Assembly (NCBI GenBank): GCA_006383075.2
Contig: SMNH02000006.1
Location: 122,174-186,173 of the forward strand
DNA length: 64,000 nucleotides
Source of the DNA: Kordia sp. TARA_039_SRF
GTDB lineage: Bacteria; Bacteroidota; Bacteroidia; Flavobacteriales; Flavobacteriaceae
Direction of reading: 5' to 3'
Of the stretch, positions 11,157 through 21,992 are shown piece after piece. Position 1 is the stretch's first letter. Each line of letters starts with the position of its first letter. The notes beneath the pieces were generated by a model. That model worked only from the letters and a program-made list of their open reading frames with translations. It had not been told where the DNA came from and did no database searches. Made by a program: the position numbers and the translations under genes.

Positions 11157-11307
11157 CTTCGCTTCGCTCAATTCAAAGATTAAAAATTCAATGATTCAAG
11201 GTTTTTGTTTTTCGTCCTTTGTTTTTTGTAATTATATATGAAAAAAGTTTAGTTTCTTAGAGTGTTTTTAGCTCAAGAAACTTCAAAAAACGAAAAACAA
11301 ACAACAA

Positions 11308-13059
11308 TCAAAAAAGGATCCTAAAAACAGGATAACGCAAATGCGCTTTTTCGTAATGATTGGACTTCATATAAATCCAGCGTAATTGTTGTCGCGCACT
11401 TTCTGAAAATTCTTTATTGGTGGCTTTTAATTGTTCGAATTCGGCTTTCCATTCGGGATTTTTCGCTAACAATTTCTTGGCTTCATCTTCAAAAACATAG
11501 GCAGAAAACCCTTCTTTTTGCTGTAAAACAGTATCAAAAAAGTTCCAGTTGAAAAACGAATCTACTGCTTCTGGCTCTAGTGTTTCTAACAAATAACGAA
11601 ATGCTGCTTGATTGGTATGGACAATAATATCACCTTTTCGAAAACCTATCTTTTCAATGCTTTTGCTGACTTCGGTATTGTAATGCGGATAATGTCCTTC
11701 ATACGGATTGGTGTACGTTTTAAAATCTTTAATATGATATACTTCTACTTCCATAAGCGTATCGTTTTCAATCGTAGAAAAATCAACTTGATTTACTTCC
11801 AATAAGTTAATCACTTCATGCCAACCTTGCGGAATAATATATGCTTTGGGTACTGTAACTTCCTTTGTTGGTTTAAAATAATTGTAATATTCCACTTTTT
11901 TGGTAAAAGGCTTACTAGCGTCGTATTTCAATCGTTTTTGTCCTGTCAGTTCGCTTTCTATAAACTCGCCTTCATACCCTTTAAAGTTTAATATAGATTT
12001 TTGCGTTCTGTCCAGCGACCACTGCACAGGATACGTCTTTCCATTGACAAACGACTCATGAGTTTTATTGCGAATTTCTTTAATCTCTGTGTGATGTTTT
12101 GTTTCAATATTTTGAATCAACGCGTCCATAAGTGCGTATGTGCCTTCCACGCGTGGTTTGTAGGGTTTTAGCATGTGCGTTTCTACCATTAATCCTAGCG
12201 TATTGAACAAGGTTGTATAACCTGTAGAATAGCGTGGCGAGTCCATAAACTGGGAAAAACCACTATCTGGCGTACGCCCAAAAACATTCACATACGGCGT
12301 AATGTCCCAATCGTTTTTTAGTAACGTAGCTTCCAAATCGGGCATCATTTTGTTATGTAGAAAATCACCTGCTTCATGCCCTAATTTGTTGTGCTGTGTA
12401 AACAAATGTGTCAGCGTGTATTGATAATCAGCACCATTACTCACATGATTATCCACAAAAACATCGGGTTGTACTTTGTGAAAAATTTCGGCAAAAGCTT
12501 TGGCATTTTGTGTGTCCGATTTGATAAAATCACGATTCAAATCATAATTGCGCGCATTGCCACGAAAACCATAGGCTTCAGGACCATTTTGATTAGCTCT
12601 CGTACCCGAATTTCGATTCAAACTTCCACCAACATTATACACTGGAATGGCAGTAATTACAACGTTTTCAGGTGCTTTTTTGGTGCCATTTGCCAAATCG
12701 CGCAGTAGCATCATTGTAGCATCAATACCATCACTTTCGCCAGGATGAATACCGTTATTCACCAACAAAATCGTCTTTTCTTTGCGAATTTCATCAAAAT
12801 CAAACTGTCTATCAGGATTATACGTCACCAAATGCAAAGGCTCACCCGCATCTGTCATTCCGATAGTTTTCAAATTGATTTCAGCATAGCGTTCGGCTAA
12901 ATTTTCATAAAAAGCAATCACTTCTGTATAAGTTGGCGTTTGCGTGCCGCCAGATTTCTCAAAAATAGTTGTAAAATCGTAATCGGTTGGTGTTTTTTTC
13001 TTTTCGGAAGAACAAGCAAATAGTATGGAAATACAGAAAACGAATAGCAGTTTTTTCAT
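11308..13059 (-). CDS. M14 family zinc carboxypeptidase-like lipoprotein
   Basis: Lipobox LFAC, GIHPGESDG (HxxE), DLNRDF, VDNH; start placed at ATG 13059. Confidence 0.85.
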   Translation of the reverse strand: MKKLLFVFCISILFACSSEKKKTPTDYDFTTIFEKSGGTQTPTYTEVIAFYENLAERYAEINLKTIGMTDAGEPLHLVTYNPDRQFDFDEIRKEKTILLVNNGIHPGESDGIDATMMLLRDLANGTKKAPENVVITAIPVYNVGGSLNRNSGTRANQNGPEAYGFRGNARNYDLNRDFIKSDTQNAKAFAEIFHKVQPDVFVDNHVSNGADYQYTLTHLFTQHNKLGHEAGDFLHNKMMPDLEATLLKNDWDITPYVNVFGRTPDSGFSQFMDSPRYSTGYTTLFNTLGLMVETHMLKPYKPRVEGTYALMDALIQNIETKHHTEIKEIRNKTHESFVNGKTYPVQWSLDRTQKSILNFKGYEGEFIESELTGQKRLKYDASKPFTKKVEYYNYFKPTKEVTVPKAYIIPQGWHEVINLLEVNQVDFSTIENDTLMEVEVYHIKDFKTYTNPYEGHYPHYNTEVSKSIEKIGFRKGDIIVHTNQAAFRYLLETLEPEAVDSFFNWNFFDTVLQQKEGFSAYVFEDEAKKLLAKNPEWKAEFEQLKATNKEFSESARQQLRWIYMKSNHYEKAHLRYPVFRILF

Positions 13060-13216
13060 GAAAATGGTTTTTAGCATGTCAAACTTAGTCAAAAAAATAG
13101 AAAAATAAGCGTGCTGTGTTGAGTTGACCATTTGATAATCTTTAAAAACTTGCAAGACAAAATAATAGCTGTATTTTTGCCGCTTCTTATTTTTGCAGAA
13201 TTACAAGAGGAATAGT

Positions 13217-14827
13217 ATGACAGAGTTTATTAGAAAACGTGCGGCAAATGCCAAAAATGATATTTTAAGTGGATTAACAGTGGCGTTGGCGTTGGTGCCA
13301 GAAGCTGTAGCATTTGCCTTTGTAGCAGATGTTCCGCCAATGGTGGGTTTGTACGGTGCGTTTATGATGGGATTGATTACCGCAATTTTTGGTGGAAGAC
13401 CAGGCATGATTTCTGGAGCTACAGGTGCAATGGCAGTTGTAATGGTAGCGTTGGTACAAAAAGGAAATGAACTCGGATTGGAAACAGGAATTGAAGATCA
13501 AGGATTATTATTCTTATTTATCACGCTGTTGATGGTTGGTGTCATACAAATGCTGGCAGGAGCTTTTAAGCTTGGAAAATTTGTGCGATTGATTCCGCAT
13601 CCTGTGATGATGGGATTTGTGAATGGATTGGCAATTGTCATCTTTTTATCGCAATTGGAAATGTTTAAAACAGGAAGTGGCGATGCCAAAACTTGGATAG
13701 AAGGTACTGCGTTGTGGATAATGCTTGGCTTGGTTGGTCTAACGATGTTGATTATGTGGGGATTGCCAAAATTGACTAAAAAACTCCCAGAAGCCTTAAT
13801 CGCGATTATTGTCGTTTCAGCGATTGTAATTCTTGGAAATATTGACGACGTCGCTACCGTAAAATCATTTATTGTAGAAGGAAGTAACGGCGATGCCACT
13901 GGCTTAAAAGGCGGATTGCCAACATTTCAAACCGCTATTTTTTCAACTGAATTGTGGAATATGGACAATCTATTAATCATGGCGCCGTATGCGTTTATTT
14001 TGGCAGCTATTGGATTAATAGAATCGCTCATGACATTGAATTTGGTAGACGAATTGACTGAAACACGTGGAAATAGCAACCGTGAATGTTTGGCGCAAGG
14101 TGGTGCTAATATCGTTAACGGATTGTTTGGCGGAATGGGCGGTTGTGCCATGATTGGACAATCTATCATCAACATCAAAGGTGGCGGACGCGGACGATTG
14201 TCTGGAATTGTAGCTGCAGTTGCGTTGTTGTGTTTTATTTTATTTGCTTCAGGATTGATAGAGCAAGTACCTATTGCCGCATTAGTAGGCGTGATGTTTA
14301 TGGTCGTCATCGGTACTTTTGCATGGAGTAGTTTCCGAATTCTCAACAAAATTCCTGTAAGTGATGCTATTGTATTGATTGCAGTGTCGTTGATTACCGT
14401 ATGGAAAGATTTAGCAGTTGCCGTGATTGCGGGAGTTATCATCTCAGCACTTGTGTTTTCATGGGAAAATGCCAAGCGTATTCGTGCGCGAAAGAAAGTA
14501 CTTGAAGACGGAACCAAAGTCTACGAAATATACGGGCCATTATTTTTTGGAAGCATTCAAGCATTTAACAATAAGTTTGATGTAAAAAATGATCCGGATG
14601 TGGTAGTGATTGATTTCATGGAATCGAGAGTTTCTGACCATTCGGCTTTGGAAGCTATTTTCAATCTCACAAAAAAATACGAAGCAGCAGGAAAACAATT
14701 GCGTATCAAACACTTGAGTGACGATTGTAAAGCACTAATGATTAAAGCATCTCCCAAATTGGCAAACGTTATTGAAGATGCGGTAGATGACCCACGCTAC
14801 TACGTAATGGCGGATTTGCAAAAATAA
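13217..14827 (+). CDS. SulP family anion permease with STAS domain
   Basis: PEAVAFA, GGRPGMISGA, GMGGCAMIGQS, C-terminal GPLFFGS STAS; TATTTTTG -7 box at 13172-13179. Confidence 0.92.
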   Translation: MTEFIRKRAANAKNDILSGLTVALALVPEAVAFAFVADVPPMVGLYGAFMMGLITAIFGGRPGMISGATGAMAVVMVALVQKGNELGLETGIEDQGLLFLFITLLMVGVIQMLAGAFKLGKFVRLIPHPVMMGFVNGLAIVIFLSQLEMFKTGSGDAKTWIEGTALWIMLGLVGLTMLIMWGLPKLTKKLPEALIAIIVVSAIVILGNIDDVATVKSFIVEGSNGDATGLKGGLPTFQTAIFSTELWNMDNLLIMAPYAFILAAIGLIESLMTLNLVDELTETRGNSNRECLAQGGANIVNGLFGGMGGCAMIGQSIINIKGGGRGRLSGIVAAVALLCFILFASGLIEQVPIAALVGVMFMVVIGTFAWSSFRILNKIPVSDAIVLIAVSLITVWKDLAVAVIAGVIISALVFSWENAKRIRARKKVLEDGTKVYEIYGPLFFGSIQAFNNKFDVKNDPDVVVIDFMESRVSDHSALEAIFNLTKKYEAAGKQLRIKHLSDDCKALMIKASPKLANVIEDAVDDPRYYVMADLQK

Positions 14828-14907
14828 TCTCGGGCAATCAGATGAAATCGTAAAAAAGCTACACGAATTTTTGTATCTTTTCGGCAGATTAAGCTCGCTA
14901 ACTTACC

Positions 14908-17127
14908 ATGACTGCCATACGCGTCTTTTTATTGCTTTTTGTTGTAGCTACTGCAATGCATGGACAAACGAATGATGTCCTAGCGAAAGACAGCATTATT
15001 CAACTACAGGTAGCCGCAAGAAAAATGACTTCCAAGCAGAAGTTTAGTGAAGCCATTCGGTATAGTCAACGCGCATTAGATCAGTCAGTTTTAGTGGAAA
15101 ACGATAGTCTTATTGCAGAGAGCTATTGCATACTTGGCGCTGCATACATACAAATGCGCTTCAAAGAACGCGCTATTGAAAGCTATAACAAAGCCATTGA
15201 ATATTTTACCAAGAAAAACAATGAAAAACGCTTGATGCAAATTCACAGCAATCTTGGATATTATTTATTTCAAAACAATCAATTAGAAGTCGCTGAAAAG
15301 AACTTACAACGCGGTTTGGCTCTTTCCGAAAAGTTTCGCGAGGAACTGAGTTCCATCAAACCAAAATATTACATCGGGCAATTATTTTTGAACAAAGGTG
15401 AATACGAAAAAGCCAAGGAATGTTTTTCAAAAGTGATTTCCTACTGTGAGAATCATCCCGATTATTCTACGAATGAAGATATGCTACAAGGAGCGTATTA
15501 TTTTAGTGGAAATGCTTCTTTTTTACAAGATAATACTTCGGAAGCCATTAATTATTACAAAAACGCAGTTGCTATTTGTGATACTTCCCAAAAAAAACAT
15601 TTAAAACTTTTAGCATCGGCAAATAAAAAACTTTCAGAAATTTATGCAGAAAACGGTGATAGAGAAGCTGAATTGGCAGCTTTACAGCAGCATATAAAAG
15701 CTTTTGAGGCGGATAATTTGAACAAGAAAGAAGCGTTGCTTTCTAAAATTTTATCAAAATACGGAATCGACGAATATGAAGGGCGTTTGGAAAGCATTGA
15801 AGAAGAGCAAGAAACCAAAGAAATTTACATTAATAATTACCAGCGATTGACGACCATTTTGGTGGTGATTTTGGTAGTTTTAGTGTTGCTAACGGGAATT
15901 TTTTACTTAAATCAACGTGCCAGAGTGCGCACAAATGCTTTATTGAGCGGACAAAATAGGGAATTGATTGAAGCTAAAAAGCAAATTGAAAATGTTTCAA
16001 AAATTCGCACCAATTTCTTTTCATTAATCAGTCACGAATTGCGTACACCTTTGTATGCCATTATCGGAATGACCAATTTATTGCTGTTAGAAAAACCCGA
16101 AAAATTTCAAGAACGCTATTTAAAATCCTTAAAATTTTCAGGAGAACATTTATTGGCAATCATCAACAATATTCTGCAAATGAACAAAGTGGAAGCCAGT
16201 AAAATGAAAGCCATTGAAGAAAATATTGATTTGCGCAAAAACGTTAAAAATGTCATCACTTCCGTAGATTTTTTAGTGAAGGAAAACCGTAACCACATCG
16301 ATATTAAAATTGACGAAAACATTCCAAATCTGTTGTTGGGTGATAGTTTAAAAATTTCCCAAATACTTTTCAATTTGTTAGACAATGCAGTTCGTTACAA
16401 TATGGAATCTGACATTCGTTTGCGCATCAAACTTGTAACAGAAACTGCCGAAACAGTGCATTTAAAATTTTCTGTAAAAGACAACGGCTTGGGAATTCCG
16501 CAGCAAAAAAAGCATGTAGTTTTTGAGAATCTTGCCAAAGGAATTATTCTGACGGAAGATAACGGATATTTGGATTTAGGTTTGGGATTATCTACCGTAA
16601 ATAATTTACTCAAAGTACTAAAATCTAAACTGCATTTGCGCAGCGTTTTAAACAAAGGTTCTGAATTTTACTTTGAATTAACACTTAAAAAAGTAGAAGT
16701 CACGCCGATTGAAGACGATATCGAATTTGATCACAAAAAAACGTACAACTTTGAAGGCTTGAGCATATTAATTGTAGATGATAATGCCGTAAATGGTTTG
16801 TTAACACAAAAGATTCTGGAGCGACAACACATACAAACCAAAGTGGTACACAGTGGATTTTCCGCATTAGATATCATTGAAAAGCAACAATTCGATTTGA
16901 TTCTGATGGACATGTTTATGCCAAAACTAAACGGTTTGGAAACCATTGAGAAAATTCGTGAAAACAATAACAATATTCCTATCATTTTATTGACAGCGAT
17001 GGAAGTATCGGATGCGTACGCCAAAGCCGTAAACACCAACATTAGCGGTGTTATAAGCAAACCGTTTGAGCCAGAAATGCTCTATGATAAAATTGATGAT
17101 GTAATGAATCAGCCACGTGAAGAATAA
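14908..17127 (+). CDS. Hybrid sensor histidine kinase 1 (periplasmic TPR, TM, HisKA, HATPase with atypical motifs, REC)
   Basis: Signal peptide, TPR-like helices, TM, SHELRTP, DNGLGIP, receiver VDDN..LMDMFMP..KP. Confidence 0.9.
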   Translation: MTAIRVFLLLFVVATAMHGQTNDVLAKDSIIQLQVAARKMTSKQKFSEAIRYSQRALDQSVLVENDSLIAESYCILGAAYIQMRFKERAIESYNKAIEYFTKKNNEKRLMQIHSNLGYYLFQNNQLEVAEKNLQRGLALSEKFREELSSIKPKYYIGQLFLNKGEYEKAKECFSKVISYCENHPDYSTNEDMLQGAYYFSGNASFLQDNTSEAINYYKNAVAICDTSQKKHLKLLASANKKLSEIYAENGDREAELAALQQHIKAFEADNLNKKEALLSKILSKYGIDEYEGRLESIEEEQETKEIYINNYQRLTTILVVILVVLVLLTGIFYLNQRARVRTNALLSGQNRELIEAKKQIENVSKIRTNFFSLISHELRTPLYAIIGMTNLLLLEKPEKFQERYLKSLKFSGEHLLAIINNILQMNKVEASKMKAIEENIDLRKNVKNVITSVDFLVKENRNHIDIKIDENIPNLLLGDSLKISQILFNLLDNAVRYNMESDIRLRIKLVTETAETVHLKFSVKDNGLGIPQQKKHVVFENLAKGIILTEDNGYLDLGLGLSTVNNLLKVLKSKLHLRSVLNKGSEFYFELTLKKVEVTPIEDDIEFDHKKTYNFEGLSILIVDDNAVNGLLTQKILERQHIQTKVVHSGFSALDIIEKQQFDLILMDMFMPKLNGLETIEKIRENNNNIPIILLTAMEVSDAYAKAVNTNISGVISKPFEPEMLYDKIDDVMNQPREE

Positions 17128-19303
17128 CGTTATTGCACATATCGCCTTTTGCTTACTTGCTTGTTTGTCAGTTAACGCACAACGCATTTCTTCGGACAGT
17201 ATAAAAAAACTCAATGACGAAGCGTTCGGTTTGTCGCGTGACTATAAGTTTGGACAAGCACTATCGTACAATTATCTTTCCATACAACACGCATTAAAAA
17301 ACGAAGATGATAACTCGCTGGCGTCTTCATATTATACTCTGGCAAACACGTACAGACGTATGCAATATTTTGACAAAGCTGAAAAATATTTTAAAAAATC
17401 ATTGGCGATTCATCAAGAGCTACGGAACAAGCGTGACATTTTATTGGTATATCAAGATTTGGCACGCATGTGCATGAATCAAGTTAAATATGCAGCTGCG
17501 CATCATTATTTGCAAACAGGTTACGAGTTGGCAGCAACTTCAAATAAAGTAGAAGATATTATGTTGCTCGATTGGGCAAAAATAGCACTATTACAAGCGG
17601 AAGAACGCTATGATGATGTGCTCACTTTTGTGGAAGAGGTAAAAAAGAGAGTAGAAGCATCCACAGATAGTGAACTATTTTATACCGCTCGCATGAATTA
17701 TTTAGAATTTACACAAGGTGATGCATATTTTCACTTGGACGATTATGAAAATGCGCTAACTTTCTTGGAAAAGCACATCAAAAACGAATACGTGCATGTA
17801 AACGATTTAGCGACTTCCTATCATCAATTGGGAATTATCTATAAATCGCAAGGAAACTTTACAAAACAACGAGAAGCAGAACTTAAATATCAGCAAAACC
17901 TTAAAGAGCAACTTGAAAGTGATCAACAGCGTTTGGAAGAAGAATTACAAACCGATTACAGCTTAAGCAAAGATCAAATACAGCTTGACGTTTTAGAAGA
18001 AGAAAACTATCAAAAAAGCATTATTGTTAACCGATTTAAAGTAGTATTAGTCATTATTATTCTATTGCTAATTGGTTGTGTGATTTTGGGAACGCTCATC
18101 ATTAAAGCCATTTATAAAAAGATAAAAAGTAACCGACTCTTACGCATCAAACACAACAAATTGGAAGAAGCAAAACTGAAAGCCGAAATGACTTCCAAAA
18201 CAAAATCAAATTTCTTCTCCATGATGAGTCATGAATTGCGTACACCTTTGTATGCGGTTACTGGAATTACACATTTACTCTTAGAAGAAAATCCGAGACC
18301 ATCGCAACAACAATATTTAAAATCGTTAAAATTTTCGAGCGATCATTTATTGTCTTTGGTGAATAATATATTGCAAGTCAATAAGCTAGAGGATAATACC
18401 ATTACCATTGGCGCATCAACGTTCAATTTAAAAGCAAATATTGATAATATTATTAAGTCGTTCGATTTGTTGATAAAAGATCGTGAAAACGAGTTACATA
18501 TTGCGTACGATAGCGAAATTCCAGAATTGTTGGTAGGAGATAGTTTGAAGATATCTCAAATTTTAATCAACCTCATCAGTAACGCGATTAAATTCACCAA
18601 AAAAGGAACCATTCGGTTAAGTGTGGAAAAAGTAGCAGAAACGGAGCATGATGTGCAATTGCATTTTTGCGTACAAGATACCGGAATCGGAATTCCAAAA
18701 GAAAAGCAGGAAAAAGTATTTGAAATGTTTTCACAAAATCACAATGTTGTGAACGAAGAATATCAAGGTTCTGGCTTGGGCTTGTCTATTGTGAAGAAGT
18801 TATTACAGTTGTACGATAGCGAAATTCATTTGGAAAGTACTGAAAATGTCGGTACTACATTTACATTTGACATTCGTTTTCCAAAAGCTACCGAAAATAC
18901 AGATGCAAAAGCCGAATTGGACATTGAAGACGTCGATTTTAGTCATTTAAAAATGTTGGTTGTGGACGATAATAAAATCAACCAAATGCTGACCAAAAAA
19001 ATACTTTCGACCAAAAAAATTGCGACAGATATTGTGGCAAGTGGCGCTGAAGCTATTGAAATTGTAAAAAATAATCATTACGATTTAATTTTGATGGACA
19101 TTCACATGCCGGAAATGGACGGTTACGAAGCGACTTCCGCCATTCGAAAATTCAACAAAAAAGTACCAATTATTGCGTTTACCGCAGTTTCTTTAGATGA
19201 TAGTCTGCCTAAAATCATCAACTCAGGCATGAATGATATGATTATCAAACCGTTTGTAGCATCGCAGTTATTTGCTTTGATACGGAAGTATATGGAAGTT
19301 TAG
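17117..19303 (+). CDS. Hybrid sensor histidine kinase 2 (periplasmic TPR, TM, HisKA, HATPase, REC)
   Basis: GTG start overlapping the kinase 1 end; SHELRTP, NAIKFT, DTGIGIP, GSGLGL, receiver VDDN..LMDIHMP..KPF. Confidence 0.92.
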   Translation: MKNNVIAHIAFCLLACLSVNAQRISSDSIKKLNDEAFGLSRDYKFGQALSYNYLSIQHALKNEDDNSLASSYYTLANTYRRMQYFDKAEKYFKKSLAIHQELRNKRDILLVYQDLARMCMNQVKYAAAHHYLQTGYELAATSNKVEDIMLLDWAKIALLQAEERYDDVLTFVEEVKKRVEASTDSELFYTARMNYLEFTQGDAYFHLDDYENALTFLEKHIKNEYVHVNDLATSYHQLGIIYKSQGNFTKQREAELKYQQNLKEQLESDQQRLEEELQTDYSLSKDQIQLDVLEEENYQKSIIVNRFKVVLVIIILLLIGCVILGTLIIKAIYKKIKSNRLLRIKHNKLEEAKLKAEMTSKTKSNFFSMMSHELRTPLYAVTGITHLLLEENPRPSQQQYLKSLKFSSDHLLSLVNNILQVNKLEDNTITIGASTFNLKANIDNIIKSFDLLIKDRENELHIAYDSEIPELLVGDSLKISQILINLISNAIKFTKKGTIRLSVEKVAETEHDVQLHFCVQDTGIGIPKEKQEKVFEMFSQNHNVVNEEYQGSGLGLSIVKKLLQLYDSEIHLESTENVGTTFTFDIRFPKATENTDAKAELDIEDVDFSHLKMLVVDDNKINQMLTKKILSTKKIATDIVASGAEAIEIVKNNHYDLILMDIHMPEMDGYEATSAIRKFNKKVPIIAFTAVSLDDSLPKIINSGMNDMIIKPFVASQLFALIRKYMEV

Positions 19304-19335
19304 ATTTGCTTCGCTTTTAGATGTTTAATTTTAGA

Positions 19336-19741
19336 AAAAATCTCAATACTCATATCTCAATACTATCCTATTCCACAGCACGTCAGTTCGAGTATTTTCT
19401 GAAGAAAAAATGTATCGAGAACAGCTATGGTTTCCTAAAGTTTAAGAGTTTGCCTAATTCAAAATTCAGCATTTAATATTCAAAATTTAAAGTTTCAAAG
19501 CACTTCTCGATACAAATTTGCTTCATTTCGGCAAGCTCAATGAGCAGCAAATCCACTCGAAGTGACGCTTTGTTATATGAAGTTTAAGAGTTTATACGTT
19601 GAATAGTTTGGTTTTGAAAAAATCTCAATACTCACTACTAATATCTCAGTACTATTCCTAGTTCCACAGCACGTCACTTCGAGTATTTTTCAAAGAAAAA
19701 TATATCGAGAACAGCTATGATTTTCTAAAGTTTAAGAGTTT
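19336..19741. repeat. Composite REP-like cluster: two ~120-bp direct repeats flanking an inverted REP
   Basis: CGTCASTTCGAG..TATCGAGAA elements at 19381-19422 (+), 19503-19567 (-) and 19672-19712 (+), with shared CTCAATA and AAAGTTTAAGAGTTT flanks. Confidence 0.85.
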
Positions 19742-19763
19742 ATATTCACTAAAATATTCAACA

Positions 19764-20216
19764 TCAAACCCGAACCGAATCAGGAACTAACAAGGTATAA
19801 TCACCATTATGGCGAATGACTTCACGAACGATGGAAGAAGAGATGTAGGAAGTTTTTGCGGCTGTTAAAAGAAAAACTGTTTCTACAGGAGCCAAATCGC
19901 GATTGGTATGTGCAATGGCTTTTTCAAACTCAAAATCAGCAGGATTTCGCAGTCCGCGCAGAATAAAATCTACTTTGTGTTTCATGCAAAAATCAACGGT
20001 TAATCCTTCGTAGGTAACTACTTTTACACGCGGTTCATCTGCAAACGCAGCTTCAATGAATTCTTTACGTTGTTCTAAACTAAACATATATTTTTTTGCA
20101 GAATTCACGCCAATAGCAACAATGACTTCATCAAACAATCGGATGCCACGTTTGATAATATCATAATGTCCTAAAGTAATTGGATCGAAAGATCCTGGGA
20201 AAATAGCTCGTTTCAT
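19764..20216 (-). CDS. coaD: Phosphopantetheine adenylyltransferase
   Basis: [32 protein letters not shown]. Confidence 0.97.
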   Translation of the reverse strand: MKRAIFPGSFDPITLGHYDIIKRGIRLFDEVIVAIGVNSAKKYMFSLEQRKEFIEAAFADEPRVKVVTYEGLTVDFCMKHKVDFILRGLRNPADFEFEKAIAHTNRDLAPVETVFLLTAAKTSYISSSIVREVIRHNGDYTLLVPDSVRV

Positions 20217-20251
20217 GTGTTTAATTTGAGATGAAAATCGTTGACAAGGTA

Positions 20252-21232
20252 CTATTTTTTAGCCAAAGCTACGGCAATAGCATTTCCAAACAAGGCTTCT
20301 AACGAAATTCCGGCAGCTTTTGCTTGTTGCGGTAAAATACTTTCTTCCGTCATTCCAGGAACGGTATTTACTTCTAACAAATACGGTTCATCATTTTTAA
20401 AAATAAATTCACTTCGCGAAAAGCCTTCCATTTTTAAAACTTCATAAATATACTTTGCGACTTTAGAAACTTTCTCGGCTAACTCTGATGAAATTCGCGC
20501 AGGCGTAATTTCTTGCGATTGCCCTAAGTACTTAGCTTCATAATCAAAAAAGTCATTTTCGGAAACAATTTCTGTAATCGGCAATACTTTCGTTTTTCCT
20601 TCATAATTAATCACACCGACAGAAACTTCCACACCATCCAAAAACGATTCAATAATCACCTCATCATCTTCTTTTAAAGCGACAGCAATGGCTTCTTGCA
20701 ATTCAGAAGTTTTGTAGACTTTAGAAATCCCAAAACTACTTCCTGCTTTGTTCGCTTTTACAAAACATGGCAAGCCAACAGTTTCAATAATGGCGGTTTC
20801 GTCAATAGCATCGCCAGCGTTTAAATAGTAAGAAGTGGCACTTTTAATACCATACGGTTTCAACGCCGCCAACAAATCACGTTTATTAAAAGTCAATGCC
20901 GCTTGATACATACCACAACTCGTATGCGGAATTCCCAATAAATCTAAATAGCCTTGCATATAACCATCTTCGCCAGGCGTTCCGTGAATGGCGTTAAAGA
21001 CACAATCGAACGTAATTTTAACAGCGTTAATCGTCACGGAAAAATCATTTTTATCAATAGGAAACTCTTCGTCAAAATCGGTCAAACAAACCCACTTTTC
21101 CAGAAAAATATGCACTTTAAAGACATTATATAATTCTTTGTTTAAATGTTTGTAAACAACATTTCCCGTTTTTAACGAAATGGCGAATTCACTAGAATAA
21201 CCGCCCATGATAATGGCAATATTTTTCTTCAT
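20252..21232 (-). CDS. ddl: D-alanine--D-alanine ligase
   Basis: GGYSSE, HGTPGEDG, GSSFGISKV, YDYEAKY-like FDYEAKY, LEVNTVPGMT. Confidence 0.96.
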   Translation of the reverse strand: MKKNIAIIMGGYSSEFAISLKTGNVVYKHLNKELYNVFKVHIFLEKWVCLTDFDEEFPIDKNDFSVTINAVKITFDCVFNAIHGTPGEDGYMQGYLDLLGIPHTSCGMYQAALTFNKRDLLAALKPYGIKSATSYYLNAGDAIDETAIIETVGLPCFVKANKAGSSFGISKVYKTSELQEAIAVALKEDDEVIIESFLDGVEVSVGVINYEGKTKVLPITEIVSENDFFDYEAKYLGQSQEITPARISSELAEKVSKVAKYIYEVLKMEGFSRSEFIFKNDEPYLLEVNTVPGMTEESILPQQAKAAGISLEALFGNAIAVALAKK

Positions 21233-21395
21233 TCCAATAAGAAATAACTCAAATAAACGTTATAAAACGAAAGTAAATGTATTTGCGGACAAATCAAAGT
21301 AGAATAGTAGCAGAATCTTAGTATTTTTTTGAAAAGGAAAAGTCAAGATGAGTTCAATAATAGTATGTATATTTGTCCTTTAAAACGGATTGTAA

Positions 21396-21992
21396 ATGGA
21401 TTTTTTAAAGTTTCTGACGTCAAAAGTATTTTTAAAACAACTAGGTATTGCGATTGGAATCGTCATTGTATTGGTGTTTATCATCACAAAATGGCTTGAT
21501 TTTTCGACTAATAACGGTGAATTTAAAACAGTTCCTGATTTGGCAAAACTTTCGTTTGAAGACGCCAAAGCAAAGCTAGAAGAAAACGACTTAAACTATT
21601 TATTGCAAGATACGGTAAACTACAATCCCGATTTTCCTGCCTACTCTATCATTGAACAATATCCGTATGCGGGAGACAAAGTAAAAGAAGGACGAAAAAT
21701 CTATCTAAAAATCAATCCATCAAAGTACCGTGAAGTAACCATTCCGTATGTGATTCAAATTACGAGAAGAACGGCAGAATCTACCTTAAATGCTGTCGGA
21801 TTTGAGGTGGAAAAAGTAACGTACAAAGATAATATTGGAAAAGATATGGTTTTAGGATTGAAATATAAAGGCAAACCAATTCAGCCAAATGAGCGACTTC
21901 CAAAAATGTCCAAACTCGAATTGATTTTAGGAAATGGAAAACGTCCAGGTGCTAGCAATACAGACGAAAACGATAACAATGCAGGAGAATAA
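21396..21992 (+). CDS. PASTA domain membrane protein
   Basis: N-terminal TM then VPDL..LSFEDA..L and Q.P..GDKVK PASTA motifs; TATATTTG at 21368-21375. Confidence 0.85.
   Translation: MDFLKFLTSKVFLKQLGIAIGIVIVLVFIITKWLDFSTNNGEFKTVPDLAKLSFEDAKAKLEENDLNYLLQDTVNYNPDFPAYSIIEQYPYAGDKVKEGRKIYLKINPSKYREVTIPYVIQITRRTAESTLNAVGFEVEKVTYKDNIGKDMVLGLKYKGKPIQPNERLPKMSKLELILGNGKRPGASNTDENDNNAGE

Noticed and set aside
19336-19741. Possible CRISPR array or IS ends
   Set aside because: Repeats are imperfect, change orientation and have no regular unique spacers; no cas or transposase gene is present. The pattern fits REP-like elements.
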